Positions 39,033-50,460 of a DNA stretch of 64,000 nt are shown here, piece after piece. The DNA lies in assembly GCA_963800725.1 (NCBI GenBank), contig CAWDCE010000022.1:118575-182574 (forward strand), read 5' to 3'. The DNA comes from an uncultured Acidimicrobiaceae bacterium (GTDB lineage: Bacteria; Actinomycetota; Acidimicrobiia; Acidimicrobiales; RAAP-2). Below the pieces are notes generated by a model. The model made no database searches and was not told where the DNA came from. It was given only the letters and a program-made list of their open reading frames with translations. Numbering within the stretch: the first letter of the stretch is position 1; each line of letters opens with the position of its first letter. The position numbers and the translations under genes were made by a program.

Positions 39033-39902
39033 CTAAGCCCTTGGATGGGTCCCTTCGTACACGCTGCGCAGCCGTTCCTTGCTCACGTGGGTATAGATCT
39101 GCGTCGTCCCGAGGCTGGCGTGCCCGAGCAATTCCTGCACCACCCGCAAATCGGCACCCCCGTTGAGCAGGTGCGTCGCGAAGCTATGGCGCAATGCATG
39201 GGGGTGGGTCGGCGACGAGGCCCGCTTGTCGAGCAGGCGCCGCACGTCACGCGGACCGAGGCGACCGCCCCGTTGATTCAAAAAAACCGCATCGGGCGGG
39301 CTCAGCGGCGTCACCATGGTGGCCCGGCCACTTGCGAGCCACGCCGCGAGTGCCTCGGCGCACTCTTGGTGAATGGGCACCTGACGTTCCTTGTTGCCCT
39401 TGCCCAACACCGTCACGGTGCGAGCGCCCAGGTCGACCCCACGCCGATCGAGGCCGCAGAGTTCAGACACCCGCAGCCCGGCCGTGTACAACAGCTCGAG
39501 CACCGCAACGTCGCGTTGGTCGATCGGCGTGGTGACCGCCACATCGAGCAGCGCCCCGATCTCGCCGGGAGAAAGCACCCGGGGTAGCCGACCGCCGCCG
39601 CTCGGGGCCCGCAAGCTGAGAGCCGGATCGACCTCGATGCGACCACTGCGAGTCAGCCACGAGAAGTAGCAGCGCAACGCGGCGGCCTTTCGGGCCACGG
39701 TCGCCCGGGCCAGGTGCCGAGTGCCGAGGGAGGCGAGGTACCGACGCAGATGCAGGCGGGTCACCTCGCTCGGATCACCAACGTCGCTTCGACCCATCCA
39801 TTGGGCAAAGGCACGCAGGTCACTGCCATACGTGCGCCGGGTAGCTACCGAACGGCCGCTTAACCAGTCGTCGAATGCGCCGAGTTCCCATCCTGTTGGC
39901 AC
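39033..39902 (-). CDS. xerC: tyrosine recombinase XerC/XerD family
   Basis: HALRHSFATHLL and LGHASLGTTQIYTHV catalytic motifs. Conserved position upstream of rpsB. Intact. Confidence 0.85.
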   Translation of the reverse strand: MPTGWELGAFDDWLSGRSVATRRTYGSDLRAFAQWMGRSDVGDPSEVTRLHLRRYLASLGTRHLARATVARKAAALRCYFSWLTRSGRIEVDPALSLRAPSGGGRLPRVLSPGEIGALLDVAVTTPIDQRDVAVLELLYTAGLRVSELCGLDRRGVDLGARTVTVLGKGNKERQVPIHQECAEALAAWLASGRATMVTPLSPPDAVFLNQRGGRLGPRDVRRLLDKRASSPTHPHALRHSFATHLLNGGADLRVVQELLGHASLGTTQIYTHVSKERLRSVYEGTHPRA

Positions 39903-40002
39903 GAAACAAGCGTACCGGCCGCACTCTCGGCACCCGGGGCACTAACGTCGCTCACGAACCACGGGGGGCCCCGTTGGCGGTTGGGCAACCAAGGGAGCTG
40001 CA

Positions 40003-41663
40003 ATGGGAAAGTCTTTCGATCGGCGCACACTCTTGGCCGGGGGGGCCGCCACGGCCGCCAGCTTGGCCGCAGCGAACGCCTTGGGACTCGACTTCGGTGG
40101 CATCGCCGGTGCGGTCACCAATGGTCCGGGGCGAAACGGCATCTCGACCGCGACGCCGAAGAAGGGTGGCTCGCTCGTCTTTGGGGTCGACGCCGAGGAG
40201 TCCGGCTTCGACCCGACACAGGCTCGCTATGACGAGGTCGGGGTCATGTACGCCCGCACCGTGTTCGACCCGTTGACCATCATCACCGCCACGGGGGGCT
40301 GGGCGCCCTATCTCGCCGAGTCGGTCGTGCCCAACTCGAATTACACGTCGTGGACAATCACGCTTCGTCCCAATCTGGTGTTCCACGACGGCACACCGTG
40401 CGACGGGGCGGCACTGCTGACCAATCTCACGGCCCAATCCAAGTCGGGCCTCACGGGGATCGTCATCACCCCGATCCTCGAGAGCCTGACCCAAAGCGGT
40501 CCATTGGCCGTGACCATGGCGCTCAAGTCGCCGTGGGCGCCGTTCCCGTTCTGGCTGGCGGGCGGCATCGGGGGTCAGATCGCCTATGTCGCCGCACCGT
40601 CGATGCTCTCGAACCCGAACGGCACCAGCCACCCGGTCGGCACCGGACCCTTCGTCTTCCAAGAGTGGGTACCAAACAGCCACTTCACCGCCACGGCCAA
40701 CCCGCACTACTGGCGTCCGGGACTGCCGTATCTCGACTCGATTACCTACAGTCAATCTACAACGAGCAGGCTCGTTCCGAGGCGTTGACCTCGGGGACCA
40801 TCGACATGATGATCACCGACACCCCCCAGATCATCACCCAGTTCCGGGGCAATAAGAAATACTCCTACATCGACGACAGCACCCATGTGGCCGGAGAACC
40901 CGACATGAACTGCTTGTTGATCAACACGGCCGCCGCACCGTTCAACAACGCCAACCTGCGCCGCGCCGCCTAACTCTCGATCAACCGTCCCCAGTACGCG
41001 CAAGTCATCGACGAGGGCGTCCTCCCGGTGAGCAATGGACTGTTCGTGCCCGGTTCGCCGTACTACTCGAAGACCTCGTACCCGAACTACAACCCGAGCG
41101 AAGCCAAGAAGCTGGTGTCGCAGGTCAAAAAGACCAACGGTGCAGCGCGGTTTCCCTCACCTTGACCACGACCAACTCCCCCGCCGCCCAGCGCGGTCAA
41201 GCTTTCGTGCAGCAGGCGTTCGAAACGGTCGGTTTCAAGGTCACCCCCGGTGTGGTCGAGCAGAACGACCTCATCAACAACGCACTGGCCGGCAAGTTCG
41301 AGGCCTGTACCTGGCGCCAGTTCGGTGCGGTGGACCCGGACCTCAACTACATCTTTTGGAGCACGACCACGGTCAGCCAGTCGGGTACGTCCATCAACAT
41401 GACCCGCAACGACGATCCGAAGATCGAGGCGGCACTGCAATTCGGGCCGCACCAGCACCGACGTCGCCACCGCGCCGCTGCCTACCGGACGGTCAACCAG
41501 CGCCTCGCCGTCGATCTTCCCTATCTGTGGACCGACCGCGCCGTATGGGCGGTGATCGCCAAGCCGACCGTGCAGAACTTCAATAATCCGAAGACCCCGT
41601 CGGGGCCGGGCCTACGGCATGATCGGCGGGCAGATCTGGCCGACCCAAATCTGGATTAGTTGA
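40003..41663 (+). pseudogene. ABC transporter substrate-binding protein (family 5, peptide/nickel type) with Tat signal; about five frame breaks and an in-frame TAA
   Basis: MGKSFDRRTLLAGGAATAASLAAANALG (twin-Arg) then SBP_bac_5-like sequence spread over track ORFs 40003..40788, 40350..40973 and 41162..41659 plus untracked pieces. TAA at 40971-40973. Expected C-terminus ...AYGMIGGQIWPTQIWIS* ends at 41663. GGAG lies before ATG 40003. There are no adjacent permease or ATPase genes. Confidence 0.7.
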
Positions 41664-41688
41664 GGTGCGCGATGTGCGCTGAGGTCTG

Positions 41689-42374
41689 ATGAGCGGACGC
41701 ATTCTCGTCGTCGAGGACGACGAACGCATCCGCTCGTCCATGCGCCTCGCCCTCGAAGGTGAGGGCTATGACGTCAAGGACGTGGCGAGTGGCGAAGAGG
41801 CCCTCGAGGTGTTCGCCGAAGCCCCGACCGATATCGCGCCGATCGACCTGATGTTGCCCGGCATCGACGGGTTCGAATGCTGCCGGGCGCTGCGCCGCCA
41901 CAGTGCGGTCCCCATCATGATTGTCACCGCCCGAGCCGACACCCATGACGTGGTGGCGGGACTCGAAGCCGGTGCCGACGACTACGTCACCAAGCCCTTC
42001 GTCGCCAAGGAGCTCGCAGCGCGGATCCGTAACGTTGCGCCGGGCCCGTCCACCCGAAGAAGACGACCCCGGCGCGCTCGACCTTCGGCGATCTGCAACT
42101 CCTCCCCGAACAAGGCGTGCTGCGCCACATCGACGGCGAAGAGGTCCACTGCACGCGGACCGAGTTCCGCCTCTTGTGCGAGTTGGCGGCGAGCCCGAAC
42201 AAGGTGCTGAGCCGCGAACAGCTCTTGGACCGGGTCTGGGGTTACGACTACTTCGGCGACGGGCGCCTGGTCGACGTGCACATTCGACGACTGCGGACCA
42301 AGGTCGAGCCCGACCCGACCACTGCCCCGCCACATACTCACCGTGAGGGGCATGGGCTACAAGCTGGTCCCTGA
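41689..42374 (+). pseudogene. OmpR-family (MtrA-like) response regulator; three to four frame breaks as sequenced
   Basis: Receiver RILVVEDDERI...DLMLPGIDG...ADDYVTKPF, then |LRRARPPEEDDPGA|..TFGDLQLLPEQGVLRHIDGEEVHCTRTEFRLLCELA...VDVHIRRLRTKVEPDP|..HILTVRGMGYKLVP. The pseudogene status is uncertain and may be an assembly artefact. Confidence 0.7.
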
Positions 42375-42375
42375 G

Positions 42376-43912
42376 ATGTCGGGCGAGCGTGTGGCGGGCA
42401 CCGAACGTGACACCGGCAAGGCACCCGACGCCCCGATCCCCACCCCGACGTCAGCCCATCTGGCGGCGCTTGGGCATCGGGGGCGCGTATCACGGCGATC
42501 TTCGTGTTGGGGGCGCGCTGGCGCTGTCGTTCTCGATGGGCGGCCTCTCCTACTTCACCACCCGGCACTTCTTGTCGGCCGAACGCGAGTCGCAGCCCAA
42601 CGCCAGGCGTTCGCCAACGCCACCTTGATCCGCAGTTCGCTGATTGCCGGCAACACGGGCTACGCCGACCTGTCGGCCTCCCTCGACGCCGGGTCGGACT
42701 CGCATTCGATCCTCATCCACAAGGGCAAGCCGTATACCGGCTCGTTATCGCTCAGCCCTTCATCGATCCCCGACAAGTTGCGCGACGTGGTGCTGGTCAC
42801 CGCCGCCACCCAGACCTTCCGCAGCGGCGTGCAAGGCCAGCCTCAGATCGTCGTCGGGGTACCCATCCCTTCGGTCCAGGCCGCCTATTTCGAGGTCTTC
42901 CCGCTCTCCGACCTCGATCACATCTTGCGCGTCCTCGGCCTGACCCTCATTGGGGGCGGGCATCGTGACCACCTTGATCGGGGCCGCCCTCGGTCGCTTG
43001 GCCAGCGATCGGGCACTGCGCCCATTGGCCGGCGTCTCGAGAGCCGCGGTGGCCATCGCCGGTGGCGAACTCGAGACCCGGCTCAAGCCCGACCCGGCCG
43101 ATCCCGACCTGGTGGGGCTGACTACCTCATTCAACGCAATGGTCGATGAACTCCAGGTCCGCATCGAGCGCGGAAGCCCGTTTCAACTCCGACGTCAGCC
43201 ACGAGTGCGCTCGCCGCTTACCACGCTGTCGGCCTCGCTCGAAGTGCTCGAAGCCGACCACGATGAACTCCGCCCGGGCCCGGCGTGCCTTGCAGCTCCT
43301 CGGGGAGGACTTGCGGCGCTTTCAGCGAATGGTGGGTGACCTCTTGGAGATGTCGCGTGCCGACGCCGGCTCGGTCGATGTGTCCCTAGAAGAGGTCAAC
43401 GTCTGCGAACTGGTCCAGCGGGCCGTCGATGCCGGGGTGCGCAGCTTGGGCGAAGCGGCCTCACGCGCTGCATCGTCTTCGGTGATGGGGTGACGACTTC
43501 GGGTCGACGTCGACAAGCGCCGGTTCGAGCGCGTCATGGCCAATCTCTTGGAGAACGCCGCCAATTATGGCGGCGGGGCCACCGTGATTTCGGCTGAGCC
43601 AAGGCGACGGGGCCCGAGGATGCGGCGACGGGCGACGCCTCGCTCGACGGGCTCGGCCACGTCGACATCAGCGTCGACGACGAGGGTCCGGCGTCAATCC
43701 GGGGCGAGCGCACCCAGATATTCGAGCGCTTCTTCCGGGGTCCGGTCTCGGGCCGGCGGGGCACGGGCACGGGGACCGGGTTGGGGCTGGCCCTGGTCGC
43801 CGAGCATGTCCGCCTCATGCACGGCGAGGTCCGGGTCGAGTCGTCGCCCGCTGGCGGAGCGCGCTTCGTGGTGACGTTGCCGGTGGCGACCGACGAAGGG
43901 GATCCCGAATGA
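42376..43912 (+). pseudogene. MtrB-like sensor histidine kinase; about eleven frame breaks as sequenced
   Basis: TM helix (RITAIFVLGALALSFSMGGLSYF), extracytoplasmic segment, second TM, HAMP (LTTSFNAMVDELQ), H-box FNSDVSHE|LRSPLTTLSASLEVL, N-box MANLLENAANYGG, and G-boxes GTGTGLGLALVAEHV...GGARFVVTLP. The stop at 43910-43912 overlaps the next start (ATGA). Confidence 0.7.
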
Positions 43913-44532
43913 GGCGCAAGGCCCGGTGGCCCGGCGCCGGCGGTGGGTGGGCGCGTGGCCGCCGGGGCGATGGCAGCGGTGGCCTTGCAGTGGGTGCGCC
44001 ATCCCGACCCAGGCGCATCCGAGCGCCATCTCTGCAATCGCGTCCCGTTCCACCTCCTCGACCCGCACATACCGACCACGTCGACCACCCAGCCACCGAC
44101 GGTGTCGTTGGTGCCGGTCAAGATCTACCTCTTGGGTCCGAACGCCCAGTCGACACGGTGCAGCGGCTGATCCCCTCGCCCGCTCCCCTCTCCTCGGTGC
44201 TCTCCTCGCTCGTGGTCGGCCCGACCCACGCCGAGGCCATCGCAGGGATCACCACCGCCATACCCACGTCGGTCCAGGTGCTCTCCGTCGTGACCGCCAC
44301 AACGTGGTGACCGTGAACTTCAACAGCGCCTTTGCGCAGATCTCGGGCGCCGCCACCGAGCTGGCCGTCTCCCAGGTCGTCTTCACCATCGCGGCGCAAA
44401 TGGGGTCGGGACCGGAGTGATCTTCGAGATCGGTGGCGAGCGGACCAGCGTGCCGATATCAAGCGGGGCCGAAGTGCTCGGTCCGGTCTATGCGTTGCAG
44501 TTCATTGCTGAACCGACGACGTCGCGCCCTAG
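43909..44532 (+). pseudogene. small GerMN-domain lipoprotein (LpqB-position gene); about six frame breaks, 3' end uncertain
   Basis: MRRKARW..., hydrophobic AAGAMAAVAL + SGC lipobox-like segment, then a GerMN-like core VPVKIYLLGPNAQ|VDTVQRLIPSPAPLSSVLSSLVVGPTHAEAIAGITTAIPTSVQVL...|VVTVNFNSAFAQISGAATELAVSQVVFTIAAQMG...|VIFEIGGERTSVP, spread over all three plus-strand frames. Confidence 0.5.
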
Positions 44533-44544
44533 TGCGGGGTCGAT

Positions 44545-44844
44545 TCAGCCGGCGTGTTCGATCGAATTTCGCCATTCGAGGCGCGGTGCGCCCGACCAGA
44601 GGTGCTCGAGGTCGTAGTAGTCGCGCGTCTCTTGCAAGAACACGTGGACGATGAAGTCGCCGTAGTCCATCAACACCCACGTGGCGTCGCCGAGGCCTTC
44701 GACCCGCACCGGCGCCATCTGGTGGCTGTCCTTGATCGCCCGCTCGATCTCTTCAACCAAGGTGCGCACATGGCGGCTGTTCGACGCACTGGTGATGACG
44801 AACGCGTCAACCACACCGAAGAGCTCGGTCATGGCCAGGGCCAC
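44545..44844 (-). CDS. rsfS: ribosome silencing factor RsfS (iojap)
   Basis: DAFVITSASNSRHVRTLVEEI, WVLMDYGDFIVHVF and YDLEHLW. The true N-terminus (AAQAADDKLGTDTVAL...) probably extends to about 44917 through one more frame break. Confidence 0.8.
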   Translation of the reverse strand: MALAMTELFGVVDAFVITSASNSRHVRTLVEEIERAIKDSHQMAPVRVEGLGDATWVLMDYGDFIVHVFLQETRDYYDLEHLWSGAPRLEWRNSIEHAG

Positions 44845-44947
44845 GGTGTCGGTGCCGAGTTTGTCGTCGGCGGCTTGGGCCGCGGTCGCGCGGGTGGCGG
44901 AATCGGTGCCGGCTCGGGCATCGGGGAGACACCCGTTGACTCAGGGC

Positions 44948-45202
44948 TCAACGCAACACGACCAATATCGCCACCGTGCCCGCGAAGCACATGGAAAGCA
45001 GAGCGATACTGCCCACAGCCCAGCGGCGCCGCATGCGCCGCTCAGCCCGGTTGTCACAGCGCCGCTCGGCCACAAGTTGGGCCCGTGATTGGGCCGTGGT
45101 GGTCGGCGCCGCTGCACTCGTCACCGGGTGAGGGGGGACCAAGGGAGCGGTCGGGAGCGGTCGCTGGGCAACCTCAGTGAACTGAGCCGACAGGGCACTC
45201 AT
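44948..45202 (-). CDS. small tail-anchored hypothetical membrane protein
   Basis: 84 codons, MSALSAQFTEV...RRMRRRWAVGSIALLSMCFAGTVAILVVLR. Its ATG overlaps the reconstructed nadD stop (ATGA). This is only the C-terminal part of track ORF 44948..45451. Confidence 0.3.
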   Translation of the reverse strand: MSALSAQFTEVAQRPLPTAPLVPPHPVTSAAAPTTTAQSRAQLVAERRCDNRAERRMRRRWAVGSIALLSMCFAGTVAILVVLR

Positions 45203-45831
45203 CTGCGCACAGCGTACAGATTGTGCGCAGCGATGCAACGCATTACCGCTTCGGGCACCAGTGCGCCCACGGATCTGCCCTCGACCAGGGATCTCGTAAC
45301 CCTGAGCTCGACACGTCCACCTGGGGGCCATCCACGAAGCGCACGTCCCAGCCCTCCGGGGCGCGGGGCCGCTCGGCCCCGGGGCGCGAGACCACCGCCA
45401 CGGTGACGAGTTGGGCGAGCTCGGCGGCGCGATGCCAGGTCTCGAGTTCACTCACGAGGTCGGCGCCGACGATCAAGAAAATGATCGGCTCGGGTTCGCC
45501 GGCCTCGAGCGTGGCGCGGCGAATCGGCCTCGACGGTGTCGATGCTGTAGGTCGCACCACCGCGGTCGATTTCAAGGCCACTGACCGCGGCGCCAGGGAT
45601 CGACTCGGCCATGGCCGTGGTCATGGCGAGCCGGTCCGCCGCCGGGGTGATGGTGCGGGTGGGCGACTTCTGCCAGGGGTCATTGGCCACCATCAACCAC
45701 AGGCGATCGAGGTCGAGTTGCTCGAGCACGGCCCGGGCCGCCGCGGCGTGCCCCGTGTGCGGTGGATCGAACGTCCCGCCGAAGATGCCGATCCGGGGCA
45801 CGGTGCCCCGGGTCGCCTCACGTCCCGGCAA
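45199..45831 (-). CDS. nadD: nicotinate-nucleotide adenylyltransferase; two frame breaks as sequenced
   Basis: RIGIFGGTFDPPHTGH...GGATYSIDTVEA|IRRATLEAGEPEPIIFLIVGADLV...VDVSSSGLRD|LVEGRSVGALVPEAVMRCIAAHNLYAVRR*. Breaks fall near 45526 and 45290. Confidence 0.8.
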
Positions 45832-46758
45832 GGCGGGCGATCACCGGCGCCATTGACTCGAGCTCACCTTCATGGACCACGATGTTGGTGAAACCCAAAT
45901 GTCTCGCGGCGCTCTTGGAGGGTCTCGGTGATTTCCTCGGTTGTGCCAACGAGTGCGATCGGCGCGGTGCGCAGCTCGGCGGGGGCCAGTCCTAAGGGTT
46001 GTGCCAGGGCATCGATCACCGTTTCGGTCTCGGCTGCATTGGCGCTGACATGCACCGCGGCCGTCCAGCATTGCAACTCGATCTGGTCGGCCCGCTGGGC
46101 GCGCCGCGGCCGTGGCCCAGCCCACGCGCTCGGTGTACTTGTCCGCCACCGATTGCGCCGCCACCTCCTTGCCGATGGCCCCCGCAGCCAGGCTCGGCAC
46201 GATGCTGACGGTGTCCGCGAATTGTCCGGCCAAGGTCAAGATGCGCCGACTCCCGCCACCTATGACCAGCGGTGGACCCCCCGGCGTGATCGGCGCCGGT
46301 GACGCGGTGACGCCAGACACCGAGTAATACGTTCCGTCGAACGTCGCTGAACCATCGCGCCAGAGCCGCCGCATGATCTCGAGGCTCTCGGCCAACTTGG
46401 CGATCCGCACCGAGGCGGGCTCCATGGCGATCCCCGACTGCTCGTAGTCGGTGCGCAACCAACCCGCCCCGAGCCCGAATTCGAAGCGCCCGGCGGTCAC
46501 CACGTCCATGGTCGCCGCCTCCTTGGCCAAGATCACCGGGTGGCGAAAGTCGTTGTCGAGGACCAGTGTCCCGAGTCGAAGTGTCGTCGTTGCCTCGGCC
46601 GCGATGCTCAGTGCGATCATCGGCGCCCACTGCTCGTCGAGATGGTCGGGGACCCAGAGGGTCGAGTAGCCAAGATCTTCGATCGTGCGGGCGAGGGTCC
46701 GCCATTGGTCGACCGACGTCGCCTGGGACGCTTGGAGGCCGAAGCGGAACGGTGCCAT
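45818..46758 (-). CDS. LLM-class (luciferase-like) flavin/F420-dependent oxidoreductase; two frame breaks as sequenced
   Basis: MAPFRFGLQ...STLWVPDHL...RFEFGLGAGW...PPLVIGGGS, then |...ELQCWTAAVHVSANAAETETVIDALAQPLGL...ETLQERRETFGF|TNIVVHEGELESMAPVIARLAGT*. Breaks fall near 46095 and 45890. Confidence 0.75.
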
Positions 46759-46790
46759 GGGCGGCGATCCTACGGCGTTAGCCTGGTGCG

Positions 46791-48158
<1,368 letters not shown>

Positions 48159-48189
48159 CGCTGCGCTCCTTGGTTGACGCGCCGGTTGG

Positions 48190-48945
48190 TCAGCGGGGTA
48201 ACGACTCGCTCGTGGTGCGGGCCGGCACCCCGTAGGCGTCGTTGAAGCGCAAGAGGACCGATCGCTGGGAGTCGGGGTCCCATTCCCATTCGGTCATCGA
48301 GGCGTGGAGCACCCGGGCCCAACCCCGCCGACGGGCCGACGGCGGGATGTCCAAGAACCCGATCATCGAGGCCTCGATCACACCGGCGTGCACCGCGGCC
48401 ACCACCAAAGCGCCGCGGTGGCGCTCGCCCAGGCGACGCACCGCGCCACAAGCCCGGGCCACGAATCCCGACCAGCTTTCGCCCCCGGGCGCGATGAGTC
48501 GATCAGGATCGCGATCCCACTCGGGGACGCCGAAACGGTCCACCACCTCTTGCCACCCCAACCCGTCGGCCTCACCGGGATGGACCTCACACAGATCGCA
48601 GTCCTGTTGAATCGCCAAGGTGCCGTCGCCCACGCTGGCTTGGAGCAGGGTCGCCGTCTCGATGGCCCGAGGGAGCACCGAGGCATAGAGCGCGGTGGCG
48701 TGGCGCAGTTCGCCGGTCGACTCGAGGCGGTCCGCCAGCGCCTCGACCTGGCGGTGACCGAACTCGCTCAGGCCCGTGCAGCCCGTGGTACCCCCGACGA
48801 TCCCGTTGATGTTGCACTGCGCCTCGCCGTGACGCACCAAGACGATCCTCGTGGCACCGGGCGAGGCCCCGAATACCCGGCGCACCCCGTCGGGCACCCC
48901 GGCGGCCGCCCCGCGCCCGTCGGCCACTGCGCCGGGTGCGTCCAT
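48190..48945 (-). CDS. histidine phosphatase (phosphoglycerate mutase) family protein
   Basis: RIVLVRHGEAQCN (RHG motif) and a downstream catalytic His region AAVHAGVI. The start is set to ATG 48945, after the VWA stop. Confidence 0.75.
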   Translation of the reverse strand: MDAPGAVADGRGAAAGVPDGVRRVFGASPGATRIVLVRHGEAQCNINGIVGGTTGCTGLSEFGHRQVEALADRLESTGELRHATALYASVLPRAIETATLLQASVGDGTLAIQQDCDLCEVHPGEADGLGWQEVVDRFGVPEWDRDPDRLIAPGGESWSGFVARACGAVRRLGERHRGALVVAAVHAGVIEASMIGFLDIPPSARRRGWARVLHASMTEWEWDPDSQRSVLLRFNDAYGVPARTTSESLPR

Positions 48946-48968
48946 GGGATCGACCTCGCCCGGACCGC

Positions 48969-50442
48969 TCACGCCAGGTTGCCGACGAAATGTTCGAGCT
49001 GGCGCAGCGTGCGGCACTCGACCACGTCGTCACAATGCGCGGCATATTCACCGACGATCGAGTCGCCCGAGCCCCAGTAGTCGCGCGGTTCGGGATTGAG
49101 CCAGTACACCCGACGGGCCTTGCGCTGGAGATCTTCGACCACCCAGGCGCCCGAGGCGTGGTAGTTGTTGCGGGCGTCGCCGAGCAACAAGATGCTCGAG
49201 CGCGAGGTCACCTCGTCGCCCCAGCGCCGGTGGAACTCGCTGAGCGTGTGGCCGTAATCGGAATGGCCGTCCACCCAGATCACATCGGCCTCGAGATTGA
49301 TGCGCGCCACCGCCTCGGCGGGGTCGACGACACCTTCGAAGAACCGGGTGACTTCATCGATGCCGTCGACAAAGACGAAACTGCGCACCTTGGAGAACTG
49401 CGAGCTGATGGCATAGACCAGATGGAGGGTGAAGCGGGCGAAAGAAGCCACCGATCCCGAGATGTCGGCGATGACGAAGATCTCGGGCTTGGCCGGGCGC
49501 GGATGGCGAAAGCGCGGTTCGATCGGCACGCCGCCGGTGGACAGCGACCGCCGCACGGTGGCGCGGAAATCAAGCGGGCCCTTGCGGCCATGGCGGCGCT
49601 TGCGGGCCAGGCGCACCGCCATCTTGCGCGAGAGCGGCTGGAGGACGCGGTGCAACATGGCCAGCTCATCTCGGGTCGCGTGCATGACGTCGATGTCTTC
49701 GGGCAACGGCTTGCGCACCGAACGCGCCAGCGCCTCGGCGCCGCGATCTTCGACCAGGCGGCGACGGATCTCGGTTTCGACCGCCCGTCGGAACTTTTCG
49801 ATGCGGGCCTTGAATTCGTCCGCCGCCAGGCGTTCTTCGAGATCGGTCAACCCGGCGCCACCGACCGATGCGCCCTGGGCCTGTTCGAGCAATTTGGCCA
49901 GCACGGCATCGAGATCGAGATTGCGCAGCGTCCGGTAGAGGTAATAGGTGCCCCCGACCGGCCGCCCGGGCTCCATGCCGGCATAGCGGTCGACCGCATT
50001 CTTCGCCACGACGTTCATCGAGCGCGGCGTCGGCTGAGAGGAGCGACTTGAAAAGCATTTCGGCCAGTTCCTCGGGCGTCATTGCTTCGCCGCTCCCACC
50101 GCCCTGCCACGACCGCCCCTGGCCCCGCGTCCCACCTTCACCCGCACCTGCACCTGCGCCCTCGTCGCCCGCGTCATCGCCCGCTGCGCCGTCCAGCTCG
50201 CCGGCGGCCGCACCGGCACCGCCTTGATGGCGCACGGCGAAGAAGACCTCGAACGCAGTTTCAAAGGCCCGCCAGTGCGACGACGACTTCACTAACGTCG
50301 CCGCCAGGGCGTACTTGAGCCCCTCGCGGTCTTCGAGCGGGATGTGCTTGACGGCCTCCGCGGCATCGAGGTGCTCGGTCAACGACACGGGCAACCCGGC
50401 GCGGCGTAGCTCGACGACGAAGCCCGAAAGAAGATCAAGCAC
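48969..50442 (-). CDS. CoxE-type von Willebrand factor A domain protein; one frame break as sequenced
   Basis: N-terminus MLDLLSGFVVELRRAGLPVSLTEHLDAAEAV..., Gly/Ala/Asp linker, then |NVVAKNAVDRYAG...IFVIADISGSVASF (MIDAS DxSxS)...LLLGDARNN...YWLNPEP. The break is near 50025. Confidence 0.75.
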
Positions 50443-50460
50443 GCGACAGCGCTCCTTCGC

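Noticed and set aside
39033-39902. Tyrosine recombinase as a marker of an integrated mobile element
   Set aside because: It occupies the conserved xerC position next to rpsB. There is no adjacent tRNA, no flanking direct repeats that I could see, and no phage or IS genes. I treat it as the chromosomal dimer-resolution recombinase.
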